Source: Podarcis melisellensis (Eukaryota). Taken from it: DNA of 64,000 nucleotides. The stretch lies in assembly GCA_964234715.1 (NCBI GenBank), contig OZ174282.1; one strand, given 5' to 3'. The notes beneath the pieces are model-generated. The model was not told the origin of the DNA. It ran no database searches and worked only from the letters and a program-made list of their open reading frames with translations. The number at the start of each line of letters is the position of its first letter. Positions within the stretch are counted from its first letter, which is position 1. This document shows, piece after piece, positions 23,683 through 34,100 of the stretch. The translations under genes and the position numbers were made by a program.

Positions 23683-24449
23683 TGTCACGGCCACCCCGGA
23701 CTGGTCCCAGCTCACAAGAGACCTCACTCCGTTGCAGCTTATTTACAGGAAAACTTTATTGAAGATTTCTGCTTCTCATACAGCTCAGCATTGTGGCCGT
23801 ACGTCTGCCACGTTAGACCGCTGAAGTCCCCTCTGACTCCTCCCCTCTTCCGCACCAACTTAATAGCCTGGCTCTAGACCACCTCTTCCTCTCCTTCCTT
23901 TTCCGCAGGGTCTTCCTGCCCCCCTGGGTTCCCTCTCTCCGTGACTCGCCTGAGGCTGAATCCTCTGCCGCCTCTTCCCCCCTCTTTCTGGCTTTAGGGC
24001 CGGGCTCCTCCCCTGAGCTCTCTCCACTTCCGCGCGCCTCTACGTTTGAACTTGGCGCGCGTACGTTGCTGCTGACCTTTCTTTCGACCGCTACACCACC
24101 CCCTGCTCTGCTCTCCACCCTTTCCGGCTGAACACCCTGCTGCAACCCCCTCTCTCTGTTCTCTCCTAATCCTGCTCCCTCCGAGAGACTGACGACTCCA
24201 CCCCCTTTTCTCCGTTCCGGCTGAGACGTCTCTTGCTTCCTCTGTCTTCCACTGGGCTCCTCTCCGCTTCTCCCTTCTCCTCCCCTTTGCTTGATTAAGG
24301 TAACCCCCTTTTGAGAATCCTCTGACTCGCTGCTCAGACTCGTGGATTCCCTCAGAATTCCATCATCTTCTTCCTCATCCTTCTGCCCCTCCTCCCACTC
24401 GCTCTCCGTCTCCTCTGTCATCTCCTCCTCTCTCCCAGAAACCCTGACA
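23683..24449 (-). repeat. 5' LTR of the retrotransposon (promoter copy)
   Basis: direct repeat of 17956-18722; on - strand TATTAA at 23865-23860, predicted start near 23834, AATAAA at 23760-23755. Confidence 0.96.
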
Positions 24450-24598
24450 GCTAGTTTATCACATAGTTATTTATTCTTACAGCACCTTGTTTCCCTAATA
24501 ACCTGTCTATTTTGCAAAAATAAATTGCTTTCATGGTGTAGCATTATAGATACAGTGCATAATTACCCACTGCTCTGGCCAGCACTCTGATCCCATTA

Positions 24599-24771
24599 CA
24601 GTTACAGATGCTTCAGGTTACAGACTTCACTAACCCAGAAATAGTGCCTCAGGTTAAGAACTTTGCTTCAGGATGAGAAAAGAAATTGTGTGGTGGCGCC
24701 ACGGTGACATTAGCTTCAGGTTAAGAACGGACCTCCAGAACGAATTAAGTTCTTAACCCGAGGTACCACTA
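24599..24771 (+). mobile_element. internally deleted copy of Tc1/mariner (pogo/Tigger-like) MITE family A
   Basis: homologous to 30921-31146; left TIR and middle partly deleted. Confidence 0.75.
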
Positions 24772-25042
24772 TATATCTTTCCTGACTGCAATGTTACAAG
24801 ATGCTAGCAGTTCTGGCTACTTAACCTTTTAGCTTGCTTTGAGTAGTATTAGTATATTCTGCTAGTGGTGCTCATCCAGTTTCAAGCTTTGGTTAAAGAA
24901 CAGTCTTACATTGGGTCAGGCCATTGATCCATCTAGTCAAATGCTGCATGCCTTGACAGCAGTAGATCTCCAGCATTATGGGTATAGAATTATTCTATAC
25001 GCCCTGAGACCCCCAGGTATAGGGCGGTATATAAATTCAATT

Positions 25043-25075
25043 GATGATGATGATGATGATAATAATAATAATAAT
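25043..25075. repeat. compound (GAT)n(AAT)n microsatellite
   Basis: gatgatgatgatgatgataataataataataat, at the tail of a short LINE/SINE 3' fragment. Confidence 0.85.
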
Positions 25076-25229
25076 AGGTTTTGCTCTGCTATCTCAGATC
25101 CTTTTAAGTAGCAAGATCAGAGATGGAAATTTGGACTTCACACATGTGAAGCATGTTGTACCCCCTCCCATTGAATCAAAACCATTTCCTACCTGTACTG
25201 TTTCTCAAGCTGATCAGCACTACCACTTA

Positions 25230-25455
25230 CAGTGGCACCTTGGGTTAAGTACTTAATTTGTTCCGGAGGTCCGTACTTAACCTGAAACTGTTCTTAACCT
25301 GAAGCACCACTTTAGCTAATGGGGCCTCCTGCTGTTGCCGTACCACTGGAGCACTATTTCTGTTCTCATCCTGAAGTAAAGTTCTTAATCTGAAGCACTA
25401 TTTCTGGGTTAGCGGAGTCTGTAACCTGAAGCGTATGTAACCCGAGGTACCACTG
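25230..25455 (-). mobile_element. Tc1/mariner (pogo/Tigger-like) MITE family A
   Basis: TA|CAGTGG...CCACTG|TA, 226 bp, reverse-complement copy of 30921-31146. Confidence 0.88.
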
Positions 25456-27285
25456 TACTAACACTCCTCCAGCACTGGAATTTCAGTGAACTCAAGCAAG
25501 CTTAGCTTCCTTCCTGGTCACCCATCAAGCTACAGGGTCTGATTTAGACATATGAAAGACATGTTAAGTTGAAATAATAAATTGTAGGATTGGAAGGCCC
25601 CAGCCTTCAAAGCAGGGTCATCTCTTTGCCAAAATGCAGCTGAATTTACTGGCCACGGTTACCTGTACTTCATGGAGAATATAATCTTGCAGTACTTTTT
25701 TGCCCATAAAAGTATTGTACTATGTTCTTTCACACCACCCATTTTAATAATTTTCATTTTAAAAATAGTTTTTCATTGTGCTTTGAATTTATTATTGAAG
25801 GGTCAGAAATAAAATACATGAGACAGTAGCTGGTTTAGCAAGGTGCATCAGCAAAATGCATGTCTTAAAATAATTTGTACATACCACAGAGCAGTTGAAC
25901 CCATTCTGTATCGCTGACTAATGGAACAGCTGTAGACAAGGCGATAAAGTTCTTATACAGGGATATCCAGAGAGGCTCCTGAGTAATGTTATCCATTAGT
26001 TGTCTACCAATAAATTGAAAGGTAAGACAGTCCATTTGAATCTTTGCACAATAATCCAGTATCAGTTTTCCTCACCTGTCTAATTGTATGCTTCTTTTCC
26101 ACAAAATTGTTCCTCAAGCGGCTCACCACATATCAAATTAACAATAAGTATAACAGTTCAAAAACATATTGGAAATGGTCATAATGTCAATAAGTAAACA
26201 AAAAAATCCATACAGCACTGTATAAAGCAAGACAAGCTGAAAACTAAACAGAGAATGATGCCTAGCAGAGAGAAAATGTGTGTTGGGCAGGGAGAGGGGG
26301 AATCGCCATTCCAAAAGGGTGTTTGTTCCACAGAGGTTCATTGTAACTAAATTGCATGCATTGGATGGGAACCACACTCTTATGTGTGGCAGTCTTCCTT
26401 CCCTGCTCTCATGTGCCTCCCCTCCCCTCTCTGAACATCTCCACCTTTCATTTAGGAAGGTAAAGATTGCAGCTGCACCTTCAAGCTCCACATGCAGTCA
26501 TAATTTTAATACTGTTCACATTCTCCTACATCCTACATCGCTTTCCAGGCACTTAAGAAACCACAAGCCAAATTTGACCACCTAGACTTTTGCCTGATAG
26601 CGTGTTGCCCAAGGAAGCCCTCCTCCTCTTTGCCTTGCACTTCATACCAGCCTTGATCCAACAAATTTCCCTTGACAGCAACAGCAAAGAAAAGACAGTG
26701 TGGACAGGGATTCCCTATAACCATGTTATCCGGTAGTTGAGATCCAAATTTTCCAAACATCCAGGGGACCCAGAAGCATCTCTCATCTGGGATTATGCAG
26801 ATGTTCTAGCTCTCACCCGGAGGGCCCTTATGCCTCCTCTTTTTGTAGGCTCTCACACCACGTGGTGGCCAATAACTTTCACATTTGCTCATCAATTCAG
26901 GAGGCGGGTAGGGCTCTCGTGGTAGTCTTTGAAGTGGCAACACCTCTTCCCTTAATTCCAAAAATACCTTCTAATCTGAATAGCTGCCTTAGTAACCAGC
27001 ATTTATATTTTATACAACTTAGTGACAAAAACAATAAGGATTTCACTTTATTATGGCCTGTTTCTGACATTCTATATGCGGAAATCTAGCAACATAGAAT
27101 CAGCTGTCATGCTACTACATTTTGAAAACGCTTTGGGTCAACTGTATATATTTCATTATTCTCCAGAATGGTACGAGTAGCTATTAGGGTGATTTTTTGG
27201 TAGATTGATGATATATGAAAAAGTTCACAGACCCATCCATTGATATTGCCTTGAGATTTATGGGTATGGTATGGTATACAAATTT

Positions 27286-27321
27286 AATAATAATAATAAT
27301 AATAATAACAATAATAATAAT
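27286..27321. repeat. (AAT)n microsatellite
   Basis: direct reading of the sequence. Confidence 0.85.
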
Positions 27322-29042
27322 CATACCAGTAACCATTTTTTACCCAAATTAAATCACATTGAACATATCCCTGCCCTGCTCATTGTTTGATGACAGAGTA
27401 CTTCAGCGTATTTCCCCCAAAAATTTTATTTCTTATTGTTAATTCTACCAAAGCACATCACCTTACTTTCTCTAAAATTAATTTGCATTAACCATGCATT
27501 TTTCCCCATCCAGAGTTCATTGGTGGAAATGAGCTAATTTTCCAGTATTGCTGTGCAAGTAAACATGAAGTTGCTATAATAGATTGGAGACAAATTCATC
27601 TTTCCTTCCTGTAGCACAGTTCAGCAAAAAAATCAGTCCACTTTGGGGAAATGAGATGGTAACAGTCTGAAATCTCTTTAATTTCCTCATTTTAAGGCCA
27701 AACACATAAACTATATGAATATTTTGCTGTTTTTATTATTTGATCCCCAGCACCATTGGTATTAAACTTTTTTTTCAGCACTGAAAGAGGGAGACAACAC
27801 TATGTGATAATAGTTTAGTGTTCAGTAATATGAACATGACTGTGAACAGTGTCAGAAACTGGGATAGGAAAGCTAGGAGCCAAATGGCTTCTGAAACCTG
27901 GATTGTGAGCGCCAAAACAGAATGTCTAATCACCATGGGGTGGGTGTGTCAGCAACACTTTTTATTTATTATTTTGATCAAAATGTATTAATACGCAATT
28001 CACTTAAGTGACACATTGTTAATATCACATTTTTAGCAGAAATGGTTAAGACATGTTTAATTTGGTGTTTACAGTAAGAATATCAGTACCATACTTCAGT
28101 TTTCAAAACACTCTACTCTTTATTGTTAAACTCCTTAACATACTGTCGATCCTTAACATATACTTTGAGGCTTCAAAGAAAATACATTTCAGTAATTCTT
28201 GAGTGTTAGCCAGGTGCAAAAAATGGCACCCAGACTTCTGGAGGTACTCACAAATGGAGAATGTTTAGGCGCAAAATGCACCCGGCACCCTGCTAATTTC
28301 AAACCCTGCCTGTGAATAATCAAGAGAAGTAAATGATAGGGAAATCATTTCTCCTACTTTAATGTGCAATAGGGCCCAGGCATAGAACTAGGACATCTGT
28401 GTCTGAATCTTCCAGTGGAGTGTCTGAAATGGGTTCTCTCTCACTAAGCTATGAAGTCTCCCCTAAAATGCATACCTGAAGGTGTGCAGACTCTTTAATT
28501 TCTGCCTCTTCCAGAATACTTCAAACTGCTGAATGAGTGTGGCCCATCCACAGCTTAACTAGTCCTTTTAAGGGTTGATCTGTTTTAAGGGAACCATTTA
28601 TCTTTCCAATCCCTCTGTACCCTTTTAAAGGAATCTTGAGCTGGAGGGTATCGTGGTCATGATGCACCCCATCAGTGTTAGGTTCCAGCTGCCAATATGA
28701 ATAGTCTTGTGTTGTTCCTACAATCTGTTGTCATGCTTTCAAAAGTTACAGGGCAGCTTGAGAGCAATGCACAGGTGTAGGTGTCAGCCTTCCCTTTATC
28801 CTTCCACACTTCCCCATAGGTCTCTTGAAACCTACGTGTACACACATACACAACTTTTTCTGCATACCTGGAGTGCCTCTTGTGTTTGCAGGAACTTTTC
28901 TCTCTTGGAGGCTGAGTTTTGCTGTTGTACTGGTAGGCAGGGGCTGCCAACTTCACAATTAGAAGAAATGATGTTGAGGTTTTTCATCATTTCCCATATA
29001 TATTCTCAATCTGAAGGGCTTTTGAATTAGCTACACTGTTAA

Positions 29043-29307
29043 CAGGGGTCAGCAACCTAAGGCCCATGGGCCGGAAGTGGCCCGCGGAGGTAATTTGACT
29101 GGCCCATGAGCCGCCCCCGAACTGAGCTGCCCACTCGCGTGTGGCGCTAAACCCACACAGCGCAGGGACTCGCTTCCGCGGTGTCAGAAATGGCATCTCC
29201 GCATGTGCAGATGTTGAAAATCACAGGGGTGTGCGCACAATCCGGCCCACAGAGGGATCTCCGCAGGACCGATCCGGCCCAGACAAGATAAACCTTGCTG
29301 ACCCCTG
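29043..29307. mobile_element. hAT (Charlie-like) MITE
   Basis: 13-bp TIR caggggtcagcaa/ttgctgacccctg; 8-bp TSD ACTGTTAA/ACTATTAA (7 of 8). Confidence 0.85.
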
Positions 29308-30463
29308 ACTATTAATTTTACCTTTCTCTAACCCTGTTAACGTGTGGCAGATTTCTAGCACTAGCTAATCCATTATTGCTATCAATCTGTTGGTGCCAAA
29401 AAGTACTTTGCAGACTTTCACCTTCAAGCTAGCTAATTACCAGCAAATCTGATAATGCCACATGTCCCATATAGAGTAACTTAAAGCCTTCAGATTGTCC
29501 CATTTTGAGTGTAAGCTTTTCCATAACTTTTATAGCAGTTACCTTACTCTTTCTGTGCCAGCTATGTATTTATATTCAAAGATATACGTGTACCAGCCTT
29601 TCAAATAATTTTCAAGGCGTTATATATATTAATGAGATGTAAAACAATGTGAAATCCAATAGAAATATTTTTTTAAAAAAAAACCCGAACACCATAAATG
29701 ACACAGCAGTTGATAAAGTTGAAGCCAGAATTCAAATGTGAGCAGCAATAAAATTTCTAATGATTGAAGGCCTGGGCAAATAAAAAAAGTTTATATGGCA
29801 ACTAAAGGTCATGAAAACGGGTACCAGGTGAGCCATCCTGGGCAGGGGAGAAGCATCCTATAGCTGGGATACCAGCACCAATGAAGCTCTCTCCCCAATA
29901 CCCACTTGCCTTGGATCATTATAATTGTCATTCAGGTTCATGTGGTAGCAGATTCCTAGGTTTCATTCTGTATTCCAGGGGTCAGTAACCTTGATGGGCA
30001 CATTTGGAATTTTGAGAAAGTGTCACAAAATGGATGCTATGGGGGTGTGGCATAATACAAAATGGCAGCCACATCTAAAGAAGCAGAAAAAGACAAATCA
30101 TGCAAGTATTTCCTGCCCACCGACACACTTCTTTAACAATGGAAAAAAGGCACCTATATCAGCCACCACTGTACTTGCTCACATGAAGAAGGTCTTTATA
30201 CCTCTCCTCTGTTCGGAGTGGGAGGGAGGGTGGATGAACAAACCTGGCATCCAGTGAAATTCAGGCATGTTTAAGAGTGTGTGGTCCATGTAGGAGAGGG
30301 TGAGCCAGTGCAAGTAGGAACTGAGCAGAAAGAGCACTTTCTGGTGCATTGTTGATTTTATGGGGTTATATTTACGGAGACATTTTGCAGGCACCATATT
30401 CGGTACTGGCTTTGGTGCCTGCAGGTGCCATCTTGGGGACCCCGCTGTATATTATGCAGTATA

Positions 30464-30828
30464 AAAGGTAAAGGTAAAGGTACCCCTGCCCGTACGGGCC
30501 AGTCTTGACAGACTCTGGGGTTGTGCGCCCATCTCACTTAAGAGGCCAGGGGCCAGCGCTGTCCGGAGACACTTCCGGGTCACGTGGCCAGCGTGACATC
30601 GCTGCTCTGGTGAGCCAGAGCCGCACACGGAAACGCCGTTTACCTTCCCGCTGGTAAGCGGTCCCTATTTATCTACTTGCACCCGGAGGTGCTTTCGAAC
30701 TGCTAGGTTGGCAGGCGCTGGGACTGAGCAGCGGGAGCGCACCCCGCCGCAGGGATTCGAACCGCCAACCTTTCGATCGGCAAGTCCTAGGCGCTGAGGC
30801 TTTAACCCACAGCGCCACCTGCGTCCCT
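30464..30828 (-). mobile_element. Sauria SINE, full length (variant subfamily)
   Basis: - strand head GGGACGCAGGTGGCGCTGTGGGTTAAA, B box GGTTCGAATCC, (ACCTTT)n tail; 14-bp TSD TATTATGCAGTATA at 30450-30463 and 30829-30842. Confidence 0.92.
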
Positions 30829-30920
30829 TATTATGCAGTATACAGGGGTTTAAATATTAAAACCAGCACTTTGAAACAGTCAGGAAAATACTGCAGTTGA
30901 TCCAGAACTGATGAGCTTTA

Positions 30921-31146
30921 CAGTGGTACCTCAGGTTACATACGCTTCAGGTTACAGACTCCGATAACCCAGAAATAGTGCTTCAGGTTAGGAACTTTGC
31001 TTCAGGATGAGAACAGAAATTGTGCTCTGGCAGTGCGGTTGCAGCAGGAGGCCCCATTAGCTAAAGTGGTGCTTCAGGTTAAGAACAGTTTCAGGTTAAG
31101 AACGGACCTCCGGAACGAATTAAGTACTTAACCTGAGGTACCACTG
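30921..31146 (+). mobile_element. Tc1/mariner (pogo/Tigger-like) MITE family A
   Basis: perfect 18-bp TIR cagtggtacctcaggtta/taacctgaggtaccactg flanked by TA. Confidence 0.9.
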
Positions 31147-34100
31147 TATTTATTTTTTTAAAAATAAGATTTTATTAAACTGTTTTCATAATACAATAAG
31201 ATAAAAGAAACCAATCCAAATAAAAACAAAAATACAGAGAAAAGGGAAACAGAAAATGCAGAGTCCTCTCTTAACCCATGTCTCACACTGAGTGATGGAC
31301 CCTCACAGCTCTTACCTGGGAGCTTTCCTTTCCTTTTCCTAGTCTCTCATCCTGGAAGGTCTTCCCTTCCCTGCCTCTCATTCAGGGTCCTTCCACCAAC
31401 CATCCACCCCCTTCATGTGTGTGTAATCCTTAGACCCCAAAAACGGCCCAGAGTAGGGGACACCAAAGGAAAACCTAAAAAGAAAATAAGATACATGCAA
31501 GAAATTATTCAAAATATCCACTTTACAATGACATCCAACTGATCTACTTTCTGTTAGGCAATATTTCCTCAATCCTCTGACCCAAATGTCTTGGATTATT
31601 TCCTTTTCTTTTTCACACAAATGTCAGCAATGGTTTTTCTCTTCTCAAACCTATCTGCTTTGTCTCCAGTAACCTCAACAACCATTCCTCCATATTAAAC
31701 AATAAGTCTTTCCATCTTTGTCCACACAAGTCTCTCTGCTGTAATCATATATTGAGATAATATTCGATAGTTCTTTTCTTGTTATGTAGTCTTTAATTCA
31801 CACCCAAGAACTGGTGAGATGTGTTCCGACTGGCCAGTTACACGTTCTGAATCAATTGTAGTAGCCTAGTCTTCAAAGGTATGTACAACATCCATTAAAT
31901 ATGACTTGGATGTTTTAGCGTTATGGGTCACAAAGACCAGCCGGGGTTTATCTAAAAGGGGCGGCAACTTGTGCTGCTTAGCTGCTGAAAGGCCCTTTGT
32001 ACCAGAGATGCTACTCAGACATTTTTGAAGATACTTTTGAAGCCTCTGGGCTAGTGTGGTGCATGCCGCAGGCTCATAATGTCTTCCTTTGTCTACATAG
32101 GAAGGGGGAGTTGAGCCTGGGAGCTCATGAGGAATCATGGGAGTGGCTCATCCCAACAGCTACCATTGAGGTGATGCTTTTGTGGCCAGTTACATAACCT
32201 GATTTAGTTGTCCTGTTTCACTTCACGGGCAATACTTTCTCCTGAAACTGGCATCTGCGCTGACAGGTATAGCCGTTTTGACAGAGAGCGCCAACAAGGG
32301 AATGATGAGGTGCAGCTATCACATAAAATCAATGGTGTGATAATTATGGATTTTATGGTTTAGGTTTCGTTAGTTTTTACCTTCTGATAGAATACTCACT
32401 CACAGCAGAAAACTGCCTGTGTTGCACAGTAGTCATTGACTTGTCATAGTGTGGTTCCAGTTATAGAATGCATTATGCTCCTCTGTGACTTCTGCCATGT
32501 AAACTACTTTACTTGGATGCCAATCTGTTTGTCTGTCTCTTTGACTGTCTGTCCCATTCAGGCAGTAATTAGTCTCCTTTATTACAGTTTATTTTTGTGA
32601 CTCTATTATTGTGAGTTCTCTTCCAAAAAATGGGAGCTCATAATGTGAATGCAGTTGTACTTTTACACAGGAGCAAATTAAAAACAATTATAATGAAAGT
32701 CTGGCTACTTGTACATTGCTTTTTCAACAGATAGTGTGAATTATTCCTACAGATCCTGCTTCAGGAGATGGTTACTGCACTGGGGAAATGAAATTAACAT
32801 TGCCTTATGTTCTAATTGGCTACAGGCCATGCCAGTCTTCGTTTGATTGTTTCCCTTTGCTGATAAGGAAATATTTATCAAAATCTTGATACTTTTGCAT
32901 GTGTAGATGGAGCAGGGCAGTTAAAATTTTAACATTTTTCTTTATAGTAGCCTATGCTTTTGAAATCCACATCACGGAATGCTTTTGAAGACTGGATTCC
33001 TATTGAGCAAGTGGATTTTGCTGATAGCTGCTGAATATTGAATGCATGTGCCCTTGTGCAAAGATATTTGGTCAGTTGGCAACCCATATTTCTTATATGG
33101 TTGGTAGTATGAGGCCAGTCAACAGTGGTCTTCAGAAAGAAGGGCTTTTCCTTAGCTGTGAGGAAAACCCAGTTATTGTTGGACCTGAAAGAGAGTAGTA
33201 TTCTTCTGGGATACATTGTAATTGTCGTTTGAAATGTGCAAGCATCTAGGTCATTTGTGCTGGCTGGTCACGCAGTCGCGGATACTGAGAAATATGTGTT
33301 GATTTTAGTTTCTGGGTCCTAAATCGGGTAGGAAAATGTTGGCCCTTCAGAAGTTTCTGAACTTCAGTTCCCATCAGTCTTAACCCGCATGGGCAATCAG
33401 GGATGATGGGAGTTGTTATCCAGAAGCACTTGGGGGCATGGCGGCAAAGGTTTCCCAGCCCTGTCTAAATAAAAGAAGTGGATTGCTGTCTAGGAAAAAT
33501 GTGCCTAAAGACTGATTTTATTTTATTTTATTTTTAAAAAAAATATATTAGATGTAAATCGTTAAATCAACTACTATGCCTGTGAACAAAAATACTCACC
33601 TGATTGCCTGTGGTGTAGAAATATTGCTTTCCGGTGACTAGGGCTGTCCCTAGTTTCTGACTGCACTTTCTGCTACTCTTTATGGCTGGGGGTGGTGGTG
33701 ACAGCAGACAGGGAGAGAGAGCATGAGCACTGCAAACCCTGCTCTGTTTGTCCACCTGAGCAAACACAGTAGGATATCTTGGCTGCACTTTCTCTTCTCC
33801 ACTGTTGCTCCAAGTATAGATGGACACAGAAAGTCAGCTCCATGTTCATTCATAACAAGGAGGGCTATCTTTTTCTTCTTCCAGCCTTTGAGTCTATAAC
33901 CATAAGTTTGAAAGGGTGGGAAAGCAATTGTTGTTAGCCATGAAAACAATGTAGTACAAATGGCAGCTGTTGTCCTTGGACACCCCCTTGTTTATTTAGC
34001 TAGTCCTACTGATTAATGTCAATTAATTTCATTGATTCTACTCTGAGTAGACCAAGCATTAGCTACCACTCTTTATTTTTACAAGGCAAGTTTCCTAATT

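Larger units (their letters stand above)
17956..24449 (-). mobile_element. full-length Ty3/gypsy LTR retrotransposon (chromovirus, Tf1/sushi group)
   Basis: two 767-bp LTRs TGTCA...TGACA; 5-bp TSD GCTAG at 17951-17955 and 24450-24454; intact gag and pol in PR-RT-RH-IN-chromo order. Confidence 0.97.

Noticed and set aside
23623-23727. 35-aa N-terminal extension of Gag in the ORF track
   Set aside because: Starts at GTG in U5; the first good-context ATG in frame is 23622
17956-24449. CNGGN pentaloop recruiting ZCCHC14-TENT4, as in HBV/HCMV RNAs
   Set aside because: No convincing stem with such a loop found by eye; co-location with TENT4B is not evidence
30740-30828. tRNA genes suggested by A/B boxes (also near 38830-38917 and 44383-44470)
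   Set aside because: These are tRNA-derived SINE heads continuous with SINE bodies and tails
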